Shown here piece after piece: positions 9,359 through 18,475 of a DNA stretch of 32,406 bases. The DNA is from Promethearchaeota archaeon (GTDB taxonomy: Archaea; Asgardarchaeota; Lokiarchaeia; Sigyniarchaeales; SOKP01). A model generated the notes under the pieces. It was not told the DNA's origin, searched no databases, and saw only the letters and a list, made by a program, of their open reading frames with translations. The number at the start of each line of letters is the position of its first letter. Within the stretch, counting starts at the first letter, position 1. The stretch spans positions 1-32,406 of the forward strand of contig JAEOTA010000037.1 in assembly GCA_016840085.1 (NCBI GenBank), in the 5' to 3' direction. The position numbers and the translations under genes were made by a program.

Positions 9359-10882
9359 ATGCATTTAAATCAGATAATTATATTGTTAATTATTTCATTA
9401 ATTACTTACTACATAGCTATTAGTTCTTTTAACCAAAAAAAAGAATTTAAAATTAACCAGTATCTCAAACTAAAACTTGAGGGTGGAAGGACTAATATCT
9501 ATGTAAATAATCGATGTTTTATACAATGTATGTACCTTTTATTAAATATTCCTGTTGATAGAATTGAAGAGTATGATGAGATTAAATCTATTGATGAGGT
9601 TTCAGTAAAACTGGATCGGTCTATGGAAAGAAATCATAGAAAAATTCCTCCTGAGACAGAATTTTGGGGGCATTGTTCAAATATACAAGCATGGGCCGAT
9701 AATGAGTATGATACAAGAATTCTCCACCGTAATTTAGCGTTTCCTTTATTAAAAGCTCTCGTTGATGCTGGGGATCCTATTGCTAAACGAAAATTTAAAG
9801 AAGAAATAGCAATAAGATATGCAACTGGCCATCCTACAGTTATTAGGTTCTTAACACAAAATGGTTATTTATATTATTTAACAGAAGATGAGTTTGAAAG
9901 CATGTTAATTGATATAGATTTCCCAAGTATTGATGAATATGCCCGAAAAATCTTACCATACTTAAAAAATGTTAAAGATCCTGAATCTATCAAACAGATA
10001 AAAAAATATACAACAGGTTTTGTAAATAGATTCCATTTTAAATATAAATATTTAATATTATTGAAAGCAGTTGAGAAAATACCTGAATTATTGAGACAAA
10101 AGTTTGTTGAAATTATATATCAGAGATACAAAACAAATAGTAGCTTTCCTGTACTTAAATTCTTGGATAAGGCTCAAATTAATTTCAACAATTTAGACCT
10201 TAAGTTAATTACCTATAATAACAACCTAATTGGGATTATTTCGGATGCAAAAATTAATTTAAAAAATAAAATGATTGAGAATATTGAAGATATCAATGGA
10301 ATAGAAGAATTTTTTGAGCCTATTGAAGAAATCGATTTAAGTAATAATAGGATAAAAAAGATGAAGGGACTTGAAAAGCTCTGTAATTTAAAAAAATTAT
10401 ATTTAAAAAACAATTATATTGAAAGAATTGAAGGTCTGGAAGAACTTAATAATTTAGAATTATTAGACCTTTCAGGAAACATTAATATCGACGAAATTCC
10501 TGATAATTTAAATGAGTTAACTTATCTTAAAACAGTTAAACTAACAGGCTGTAGGATTAAGAAGTTTTCAGAATCAGTTTCACGATTTTTTTGGATGGGA
10601 CAAAATTTTAGATATTATACTCAATATACTGATAAAGATATTAAATATTATGAAAAAACTCATACTTCAAAAGCAAGTAATAATGGAAGATTATACAAGA
10701 ATTTTGTAAAGTGGTTGTTTAAACTCCGTGGAATAATGAGACAATTCAACTTTGATTATGATGTTATTGAAAAATTTGAAAGAAAAAACAATACACCCGC
10801 AGTATGGTCAGGAAAACCTACAATTGCTTTTTTGAAATATCTTGATGATAGATATCAAAAAAGAATTACTGATTTCTTTTAA
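9359..10882 (+). CDS. Leucine-rich repeat protein (Lokiarchaeal type); start uncertain
   Basis: LRR units IDLSNNRI, LYLKNNYI, LDLSGNINI; N-terminal EFKINQYLKLKLE...EFWGHCSNIQAW...LHRNLAFPLL domain. Confidence 0.85.
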   Translation: MHLNQIIILLIISLITYYIAISSFNQKKEFKINQYLKLKLEGGRTNIYVNNRCFIQCMYLLLNIPVDRIEEYDEIKSIDEVSVKLDRSMERNHRKIPPETEFWGHCSNIQAWADNEYDTRILHRNLAFPLLKALVDAGDPIAKRKFKEEIAIRYATGHPTVIRFLTQNGYLYYLTEDEFESMLIDIDFPSIDEYARKILPYLKNVKDPESIKQIKKYTTGFVNRFHFKYKYLILLKAVEKIPELLRQKFVEIIYQRYKTNSSFPVLKFLDKAQINFNNLDLKLITYNNNLIGIISDAKINLKNKMIENIEDINGIEEFFEPIEEIDLSNNRIKKMKGLEKLCNLKKLYLKNNYIERIEGLEELNNLELLDLSGNINIDEIPDNLNELTYLKTVKLTGCRIKKFSESVSRFFWMGQNFRYYTQYTDKDIKYYEKTHTSKASNNGRLYKNFVKWLFKLRGIMRQFNFDYDVIEKFERKNNTPAVWSGKPTIAFLKYLDDRYQKRITDFF

Positions 10883-10901
10883 AATTGTAAATTTTTAAGA
10901 T

Positions 10902-11846
10902 TTATGAGTATTTTAACATTTTTTCTATTGGTTTTAAGGCTCTTTTAGCAATCTCTGAAGGTACTTTAACCTCAAACGTTTTATCATCCAAATGTTCAAG
11001 AAGATGTTTGATATGTTCTAACTTATTTTTTTTCATATCAAGACACGTGATATCATCTTTTAATAAATGATAGGTTTTATTTGGAAAATCTTGAGCCATC
11101 CTTTCTAGCATACCATGCTCTGTTCCAATAATAAATTCAGTCTCTTTTGATGGGCTCTGCTTTACCCTATTGTACATTTGGGCAGTTGATCCAATGAAAT
11201 CTACCGTATCTCTTACTTCTCTCCTGCATTCTGGATGAACTAATATTATCGCACTAGGATGTTCCTTTCTTGCATTTTTAACATCATTAATAGAGATTTG
11301 AGAATGTACAATGCACTGTCCTTCTCTAGGCATTTTCACAGTTTGGATTTTTGACTTTTGTTCAGCATAATCAGCTAAATTGGCATCTGGTCCAAAAAGC
11401 ACTCGATCAACTTGATATTCCTTACTAATATTTCGCACTATATTTACTGCATTTGAGGAAGTGCATGAAATATCTGATTCTGCTTTTACTGCTGCAGTGC
11501 TATTAACATAAGTAACTACGGGAAGGTTAGGATACTTCTTTCGGAATAATTTTACCATTTTAGGATTTAAATAAGCTGCTAAAGAACAGCAAGCCTCTCT
11601 ACTTGGTATTAAAACATGTTTATCTTGATTTAATATTGAGGCTGTTTCAGCCATAAAAATTACGCCTGCAAATATAATATATTCAGAATGTGCTTTTTCT
11701 TTAGCAATTTTAGATAACTCTAGAGAACCTCCTAAATAATCAGCAATTTCTTGGATTTCCATTGATTGGTAATAGTGAGCAAGAATAATAACGTCTTGCT
11801 CTCTCTTTAGCTTTAAGATATCTTGTTGTAATTGTTTTATAGTCAT
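10902..11846 (-). CDS. nadA: Quinolinate synthase
   Basis: ILAHYYQ, GVIFMAETA, YVNSTAAVKA, CTSSNA, GPDANL, CIVH, HPEC, IGTE, TCLDMK; Fe-S cysteines present. Confidence 0.96.
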   Translation of the reverse strand: MTIKQLQQDILKLKREQDVIILAHYYQSMEIQEIADYLGGSLELSKIAKEKAHSEYIIFAGVIFMAETASILNQDKHVLIPSREACCSLAAYLNPKMVKLFRKKYPNLPVVTYVNSTAAVKAESDISCTSSNAVNIVRNISKEYQVDRVLFGPDANLADYAEQKSKIQTVKMPREGQCIVHSQISINDVKNARKEHPSAIILVHPECRREVRDTVDFIGSTAQMYNRVKQSPSKETEFIIGTEHGMLERMAQDFPNKTYHLLKDDITCLDMKKNKLEHIKHLLEHLDDKTFEVKVPSEIAKRALKPIEKMLKYS

Positions 11847-11966
11847 GTGCTCATTAAAATAATTTCACAACTTCTGATTTATATAAAAGGTTTAAGTTAA
11901 AATAAGTTCTCTTGTAATAAAAAATAAAACTAAAGAGAAAAAAAAGAAAATAAAAATTTTAACTAG

Positions 11967-12836
11967 TTAAATATTAAAAATTTCTCTAAATTTGTTTTGA
12001 TCAACAATATTAGCTGCCAAAATACTAGCCATAGAGCTAATACCTGTTTCATGGCCTTGCTTGTTAAAACCAGCGCAGAAATCACCACAGACATAAACAT
12101 TTTTAAACCTATGGATAATCATTAGCTCAAATGTTAAAAGAAAGACTTTTACATTAGTAATTACTCCAAAAACCCCAATTTTAGCTTCTTTATGAGAACT
12201 CCCTGCATTTTTGATAATTGTTTCTAGCACTGATTCGAGATCTGTCTCATCAAAGGAACTGAGACTATTGGAATTTATTATCACGTTAAAGTCATGATGT
12301 TGTTGTATTAATTCATTTAATGGTGATACAAATTTTGCTCCATAAGTGCCTTTTATACAGTGAGATCCAAAAAGATCCATTTCTCCTTTTTGTGTTTCAT
12401 CGGTTTGGTCATGCCAGTCTCTTAAATGAATGCATTGATATTCAACTCCACTACTTTCATTTGAATTTGATTCAGATGCCTTATTCATTAAATCTCGTAT
12501 AAATTGGTTTATTTTATCTCCTTCCCACAATCTTCTGCTTTCATCATAATCTATATGAACTCTATGCTTATAATCTTCTAGTATATGATGATAAGATATC
12601 GGTGCGCTAATCATTTCACTAATAGCATTCTGTTTCAACCAAGGTATAAATTTTTCTATATTTGCTTCATTTGCATCTCTGTTCTGATTTAAGAAGTATT
12701 CCATCCATTTATTTGAAACTTGTTCGTAGCCTAATTTTAAATCATCTTCACCAAGGGGGTGAATATCTAACGGTTCAATAAAATCATTTTGAACCGAACA
12801 AGTTATAATAATATTCAATTTTTTATTTACTTCCAA
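11967..12836 (-). CDS. Isochorismatase/nicotinamidase-fold protein with non-canonical active site
   Basis: SVQNDF, RDWH, FGSHCIKGTYGA, GVITNVKV; TTG start with GGAGG SD inside the upstream gene. Confidence 0.8.
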   Translation of the reverse strand: MEVNKKLNIIITCSVQNDFIEPLDIHPLGEDDLKLGYEQVSNKWMEYFLNQNRDANEANIEKFIPWLKQNAISEMISAPISYHHILEDYKHRVHIDYDESRRLWEGDKINQFIRDLMNKASESNSNESSGVEYQCIHLRDWHDQTDETQKGEMDLFGSHCIKGTYGAKFVSPLNELIQQHHDFNVIINSNSLSSFDETDLESVLETIIKNAGSSHKEAKIGVFGVITNVKVFLLTFELMIIHRFKNVYVCGDFCAGFNKQGHETGISSMASILAANIVDQNKFREIFNI

Positions 12837-15270
12837 AATTACGTCTCCTCCTCTTTCTCATTTTTTCATCTAATTCATCAATATCAATCTCTCTTTTTTT
12901 TCCACTACGCGGTTGTAATATCATCATTATGAAAATTATCAGAATAATACTGATTGAAGCGATATTTACTAATATTGAAATCAACCCAGGCATTTCAAAA
13001 TCTGGAAATATTGAAGGTAATCCGACTTCAATAAAGCCCCAGAAACTTAATAGAAATTCTACAATGATAATTTTAGCAAAATACTCATCAATAATTTTAC
13101 CGAGTGTGGATGCTAAGCCCTTACCAATTTTGATTTTGGGTTTTGATATTAAGGGATATATGAAATTATTTTTGAAAGTTTCAATGATTTTAAAATCCTC
13201 TTCATCACTTGTAGTTGATTCCGATGGGTCCAATAAGTTGGTATATTCTACTGTGATTTTTCTTATAAAGATAGTAGCAAAATCTTCAACGCAATAACCC
13301 TCATCAATCTGAAAAGTACAATCTGCATAATATATATCTTCAGGATCGTCAATTTTCTTAAATTTATCTAAAGAGCGTTTCGGATTTGTTAAAATCTTTA
13401 GAAAATTTTTCGAATAAGTAAAATCAGAAAATAGCAGATTATCTTTATCCCCACGATCATCTTCAATATCTATGTTAATATTATTTATTAAGGGAATAAA
13501 ACTTGTTGGGACTTTATCTAATACCATCAAAAATCGAATTTGGGTTTGGCTTCGATCCTTTAGGATGATGAAATCAGATTCTCCTTTTTGTGAAGTCATT
13601 TCTACAAAATTGGAATTTTCAATTCTTTCATCCATTTCTGAAGTAGTCATATATAATTTAAAACCCCATGGAATATCTGGTAATTTAAATATTGAATTTC
13701 TGATACTATGCCAATATGCTTCATAGTTTTGTTTTACTCCTAGCATAAATTCTTTTTGGGATTTTAATTTTGGTTCAAATTTCATGAATGATGGTATAAA
13801 AAGAGTACCGAGTTCTCGCATATTATAATCTATTTGTTCCGTTTTACCCGCTAACTCGATTTTCCTAGTTTTTATTAAACGTTTCTTTATTATATCATAC
13901 AAATTATTAAGTGATTCCAAATTTTCTGGACTATATTTTGCTATCTGTCTTAAATTGTCTCCATATATTTTTCTATATAACTCTGGATCATGTTCTTTTA
14001 CAAATTTTAATTGTTGAAGGAAATGCCACACACCACCAAAATTACGTAGAATAATAATTTTATTATATTTTGAAACAAAGATATAACGATTATCAGGAGT
14101 TATTTTAATATTTCGTACAAAATTTAAACCTTTTACCGGGACTTCATTCTCAGCATTTTTTACATCTTTTTCATATATATCCATGTAATAACTCATATCA
14201 ATACTTCTTATCCAACTCATTTCATTTAAATCCCAGATTTTAATTGTGTTATCTTTAGAAGCAGATATTAATTTATTATTATCACTTTGAACATCAATAG
14301 TTAAAACTGCTTCATCATGCTCTATTAAATCCTTCTTTTTAATATATTTATTAGCATAAGTTCGTTCCCAAATTGTTATTTTTGTATCATTAGAGGATGA
14401 CGCAATCATTTTACCATTTCTTATTATACTTATGTCTGTAATTGCCCCATCATGTTCACCAATTAGAGTTGAATCTGCCCCAGCTGAAATATTCCATAAA
14501 CTTACTTTACCATCTTTAGAACCAGTGACTAATATTTCTTCTTTCAAATCCCTATTTATCATAATTTTCGTGATCCATACATCATTTGTTCCAATAACAC
14601 TAGTATCTTCTGTTTGTTTAATTATTCCAGATTCATCGACAGAAATTTTCATTTTATTAATTGTGTTATCATAAGTTTTTTCCTTCCAAGTTGCATGTAT
14701 ATTATTTAATACATAATATAAGTGAAGTAGGTTGTCCTGATTTAGATCATTCTGAATTTTAATATCAAATATAGCTTTTGGATATTGCTCTGGATTTCTA
14801 TTACTTCCACCTAAAATATATGATTTATAATTTTTAAAATCCCATCTCCTTAAATCTAGGGTAAGCTTGAAACACCATATGTAAATAACTCCGATTATAC
14901 TCCCAGCAACTATAACCCACCATTTAGTATTTCCTATTTCAACAACGGTAGAATCAATGCATAAAAGCCAATTTGTAATTTTAGTAAATTTATTTTCTTT
15001 TTTTTCTGCGCTTAATATTATTTCAGGCTTAGTCTCCCCCTCTAGAAGTTCATCTATACTCCAAACTAGTAAGTATGGATCTTCGCGATCTTCACATTCA
15101 GAGCAAGATATTAAGAATTTACCATCAGGACTAATTTCAATATCTCTCACTTCAAGTTTATGATGCGATAACATAGTTTCGATTACTTTTTTAGAAATTT
15201 TGACTTCACTAGATCTGTACTCCGCTTTAGCTTTCTTAGAATTCTTACTTTCAAAGGATGATATTTCCAT
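12823..15270 (-). CDS. WD40-repeat protein with two C-terminal transmembrane helices
   Basis: WD blades (HDGAITDISI..IASSSNDTKITIWE; HDEAVLTIDV..LISASKDNTIKIWD; VTGSKDGKVSLWN); two hydrophobic segments near the C-terminus; ATG at 15270 after AAGTGA. Confidence 0.87.
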   Translation of the reverse strand: MEISSFESKNSKKAKAEYRSSEVKISKKVIETMLSHHKLEVRDIEISPDGKFLISCSECEDREDPYLLVWSIDELLEGETKPEIILSAEKKENKFTKITNWLLCIDSTVVEIGNTKWWVIVAGSIIGVIYIWCFKLTLDLRRWDFKNYKSYILGGSNRNPEQYPKAIFDIKIQNDLNQDNLLHLYYVLNNIHATWKEKTYDNTINKMKISVDESGIIKQTEDTSVIGTNDVWITKIMINRDLKEEILVTGSKDGKVSLWNISAGADSTLIGEHDGAITDISIIRNGKMIASSSNDTKITIWERTYANKYIKKKDLIEHDEAVLTIDVQSDNNKLISASKDNTIKIWDLNEMSWIRSIDMSYYMDIYEKDVKNAENEVPVKGLNFVRNIKITPDNRYIFVSKYNKIIILRNFGGVWHFLQQLKFVKEHDPELYRKIYGDNLRQIAKYSPENLESLNNLYDIIKKRLIKTRKIELAGKTEQIDYNMRELGTLFIPSFMKFEPKLKSQKEFMLGVKQNYEAYWHSIRNSIFKLPDIPWGFKLYMTTSEMDERIENSNFVEMTSQKGESDFIILKDRSQTQIRFLMVLDKVPTSFIPLINNINIDIEDDRGDKDNLLFSDFTYSKNFLKILTNPKRSLDKFKKIDDPEDIYYADCTFQIDEGYCVEDFATIFIRKITVEYTNLLDPSESTTSDEEDFKIIETFKNNFIYPLISKPKIKIGKGLASTLGKIIDEYFAKIIIVEFLLSFWGFIEVGLPSIFPDFEMPGLISILVNIASISIILIIFIMMILQPRSGKKREIDIDELDEKMRKRRRRNFGSK

Positions 15271-15527
15271 CTTAATCACTTTTTATTAGATAAATTTTGA
15301 ATAATTTTTATTAGATTTATAATTATATGAAAGCAAATATATAAAAATTCTTAAGCTTCCTTCATAATACTAATCAAATTTAGAATCAAAATTTCATTCA
15401 TAAGTTCAATCATGTGATAATTATTGAAGAATTAAAAGAATATAATGATGTATTATTGGTTACAGCAGAAGCGGTATTTCTTGAGCAAATAGAAAAAAAA
15501 ATCCTAAATTCTAACTTTTTTTTAAAA

Positions 15528-16268
15528 TTATTCTGAGCAAAAACAACTTTCATTCTTAACAATATCTATAATATTAAACCTTAAATCAATTAAATTAACC
15601 ATTAGAACTCTATTTTCTAAATTTGGAAGACCTAATACCGTTTTTATTACTTCCAATGCTTCTAATGTGCCTAATATTCCAGGAGTAACCCCAATGACTG
15701 GTAAAGGACCTTCATCTGGGAGTGATTCTATAGGTTCAGAAAAAACACATTGATAACAAGCTGTTTTTTTTGGATTAATTGTTATAATCTGGCCATAAAA
15801 ATCTTTTATTCCGGCAATTACACATCTTAAATTATTTTCAATTGCAACTCTATTGACTAGAAATTTAGTTTTAAAGTTATCACTACAATCAACAATAAAA
15901 TCATAACTATCATCTCTGAGATATTTATATATTGAATTTTCATCAATAAATTCCTTATAAGTGTTAATTTCAACGTCAGAATTTAACTTAGTTAATACAT
16001 CTTTTGCTGATTCCGCCTTTGCTTTTCCAATTTGAGTTTCATTATAGAGTATTTGTCTTTGCAAATTCGAAATATCTAAAATATCATTATCTATTATAGT
16101 TAGGTTTTTAATCCCTGCTGAAACCAGATATAAAGCAAATGGAGAACCTAAACCTCCAGCTCCTATTTGTAAAACTTTTATTTTGGATAGTTTTTCTTGT
16201 CCTTTCTCTCCAATTAAAGGAGAGATAATTTGTCTTGAATATCGTTCTTTTTGCTTTTGAGTTAAGAT
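15528..16268 (-). CDS. HesA/MoeB/ThiF family (E1-like) adenylyltransferase; extends 68 codons upstream of the track ORF, probable ATC start at 16268
   Basis: In-frame upstream translation (I)LTQKQKERYSRQIISPLIGEKGQEKL..LQIGAGGLGSP..IIDNDILDISNLQRQ; DCSDN; Zn motifs CYQC and CFC. Confidence 0.9.
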   Translation of the reverse strand: MLTQKQKERYSRQIISPLIGEKGQEKLSKIKVLQIGAGGLGSPFALYLVSAGIKNLTIIDNDILDISNLQRQILYNETQIGKAKAESAKDVLTKLNSDVEINTYKEFIDENSIYKYLRDDSYDFIVDCSDNFKTKFLVNRVAIENNLRCVIAGIKDFYGQIITINPKKTACYQCVFSEPIESLPDEGPLPVIGVTPGILGTLEALEVIKTVLGLPNLENRVLMVNLIDLRFNIIDIVKNESCFCSE

Positions 16269-16274
16269 TAGACT

Positions 16275-16649
16275 TCACCTCTTTAATATTTTTTTTATAT
16301 TCTTTATAGTTTCTTCAATCTCAATAAAAATTAAACCTAAATTGATATTTAAATCTACTAATATGACTAAAATAAATTGTTCATCTGCTCCAACAATAAG
16401 AAGCTGATAATCATTGAATTCAACCGTAAGATTGTTAACTTGGTTTTCTTTCACAGCTGTAACGGCAGTTTCAATCGCTCCAAACATTGTGGCTGCCATT
16501 GCCCCGAATTTTCTATCATCTATGTCCCTTGGTAGCCTTGATGCTATTAACAAACCGTTACGGTTTACAATAGCACTGCCTATGAAATCTCCTAAGATTT
16601 CCAACTTTTCTAATTCTTTATCGAGACTCTCAATTTTTAAATTATTCAT
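16275..16649 (-). CDS. Roadblock/LC7 (MglB-like) domain protein
   Basis: GSAIVNRNGLLIAS, FGAMAATMFGA, NLGLIFIEI; 124 aa. Confidence 0.9.
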   Translation of the reverse strand: MNNLKIESLDKELEKLEILGDFIGSAIVNRNGLLIASRLPRDIDDRKFGAMAATMFGAIETAVTAVKENQVNNLTVEFNDYQLLIVGADEQFILVILVDLNINLGLIFIEIEETIKNIKKILKR

Positions 16650-16759
16650 AGAAATTAATTAGCTTAATCATACATTCCTATTAGATAATAGTATATATAG
16701 GGTATCTAATAAAAAATTTACAATTTTTAACTAATCTAATTATAATAGAGTAAGAAAAC

Positions 16760-16966
16760 TTAAAACTTACGATAAAAAGATTTTTGTCCATTAAAAGGTC
16801 TATGCCTGTTTCTCCAGCTTGGTTGGCGGAGTTTAGCAGATTTTCCAAAGCCACAATAAGCACAAAATCTTTTTCGTCGATGATAAGAGTGCCTTCCACA
16901 TCGCCTACAAGTTTTATGGCTTGCAGCTTTGTTTTTTTTCCCTTTACTAGGAGTACCTTTTCCCAT
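16760..16966 (-). CDS. rpl37e: 50S ribosomal protein L37e
   Basis: [22 protein letters not shown]....CAYCGFG zinc ribbon. Confidence 0.97.
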   Translation of the reverse strand: MGKGTPSKGKKNKAASHKTCRRCGRHSYHRRKRFCAYCGFGKSAKLRQPSWRNRHRPFNGQKSFYRKF

Positions 16967-16987
16967 TTTTCACTTCCTCCCTTTTTT

Positions 16988-17296
16988 CTATACTTCTTCG
17001 CTTTCTTCTCTATGCATTAACTTTTCTTCGGGTGTACCTGCAAAAATTAATTTTTCTCTGTCTTGACCTACGTAAATGACAGATGCGCCCCGAATCATGA
17101 CTGTTCCTAAATCCTTACTACGTTTACCTCCCCTTCCGAAATATACCTCTTTGGCATCTTTAACAATTAAATTCATATAATTATCAAATTTAATTAGCTT
17201 TCCTGTAAGAAAGGTATTCCATATCTTTAGTTTTATACGAATCTCTGGTTTTAGAATCGCTTTGCTTAAAGTTCGTGAAATTGTATGTTGAGACAT
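16988..17296 (-). CDS. Sm-like (Lsm/SmAP) RNA-binding protein
   Basis: Sm1 motif GKLIKFDNYMNL, Sm2 motif LGTVMIRG; directly upstream of L37e, the conserved archaeal arrangement. Confidence 0.9.
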   Translation of the reverse strand: MSQHTISRTLSKAILKPEIRIKLKIWNTFLTGKLIKFDNYMNLIVKDAKEVYFGRGGKRSKDLGTVMIRGASVIYVGQDREKLIFAGTPEEKLMHREESEEV

Positions 17297-17426
17297 CAGA
17301 AAAACAATCTAAAATTATTCCTAATTAAGAAGAAAATTATTCCAAATTATAAATATTTTTTTATTTAGGGGGCGATTTACTCTACTAATAGTTAACTTTA
17401 AATAATTGGAATAGAGCGGGAAAATA

Positions 17427-18464
17427 ATGACAAAAATAGGTTATTTTGATGCGGATGTTGTTAGTCCCGAAGAGATTTTTATGGCTGCGGGATTCACCCC
17501 TATTAGACTTTTAGGAGATCCCACCATTGAACATGATAAAGTTAATGAACATGTACCCCCTACCCATTGTGTTTGGGCAAAAAATGTCCTTGAACAAGCA
17601 ATAAGAGGGCTAAATCCTGAGATAAAGGGAGTTGTAACAAGCCATGGTTGTGATTGTACCAACCGAGAATTTGATATTTGGGTTGAAGCTGTTGATCTTG
17701 ATTTCTTGTTTTATTTAAATGTGCCTTTAAAGAGAGACAAGGCTGCTTTAAATTTTTTCTTAAATGATCTTAAAGAATTAATTTCCCAAATTGAAGATAA
17801 ATTTAAAATTAAAATTCAATCTGAAAAAATTAAAGAAGCCATTAAAATAACCAATCAAATTCGCAAATCATTAAAAGAAATCTCCGAATATAGAAATAGC
17901 ATGATTTTAAAAGGATCAGAATTCCATGAATTGGTCAAATTGTCACAAACTAATGATAAAAACTATGTTTTGGAAATTTTAAAAAATAAAATGGTAGAAT
18001 TAAAAAAAAAAGCTCCTTTTACTGAGAACAAAATGAAACGGATATTGCTTACAGGTTCTGTTATTGATGATACGGAATTTTTAAAATTTTTAGAAGATAA
18101 AGGATTTCAAGTTGTAGCAGATGATTTATGTATTGGTTCACGATATTTCTGGAATACTATTGAAGAAGATAAGGATCCTTTAATAGCGATTGCTGAATAT
18201 CATTTAAGTAAACCTCTCTATTCAACCAAAATGCCCTCGTATGATCGTTTCGAATTCTTGAAAGAATTAGCCGAGAAATATGAAGTGGATGGCATTATTA
18301 ACATAGCAATGAAATTCTGTGAACCTATGCTATATGATCATCCATATCTGAATAAAAAGTTTAGAGAATTAGGAATTCCATATATTTTTATAGAAATGTT
18401 ATATAATAGAGAACAATATAAACAACTTTCAACGAGATTTGAAGCTTTTGCTGAGATAATTTAG
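17427..18464 (+). CDS. 2-hydroxyacyl-CoA dehydratase / benzoyl-CoA reductase family subunit (HgdB/BcrC-like)
   Basis: PEEIFMAAG, GCD, DDLCIGSRYF, KFCEP, TRFEAFAE. Confidence 0.9.
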   Translation: MTKIGYFDADVVSPEEIFMAAGFTPIRLLGDPTIEHDKVNEHVPPTHCVWAKNVLEQAIRGLNPEIKGVVTSHGCDCTNREFDIWVEAVDLDFLFYLNVPLKRDKAALNFFLNDLKELISQIEDKFKIKIQSEKIKEAIKITNQIRKSLKEISEYRNSMILKGSEFHELVKLSQTNDKNYVLEILKNKMVELKKKAPFTENKMKRILLTGSVIDDTEFLKFLEDKGFQVVADDLCIGSRYFWNTIEEDKDPLIAIAEYHLSKPLYSTKMPSYDRFEFLKELAEKYEVDGIINIAMKFCEPMLYDHPYLNKKFRELGIPYIFIEMLYNREQYKQLSTRFEAFAEII

Positions 18465-18475
18465 AGGTGAAAGAA

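Noticed and set aside
12823-12865. RKRRRR tail of the WD40 protein as an NLS-like signal
   Set aside because: The AGG AGG codons double as the SD of the overlapping downstream gene, and basic residues after a TM fit the positive-inside rule
12320-15163. Several + strand ORFs (12320, 12929, 13472, 14432, 14957)
   Set aside because: Antisense shadows of well-supported minus-strand genes, with no motifs
15280-15527. SECIS-like element that would support readthrough of the roadblock TGA
   Set aside because: Only short AT-rich pairings are visible, with no convincing structure
16681-17020. ORFs 16681..16899 (-) and 16784..17020 (+)
   Set aside because: Shadow frames of the clear L37e gene
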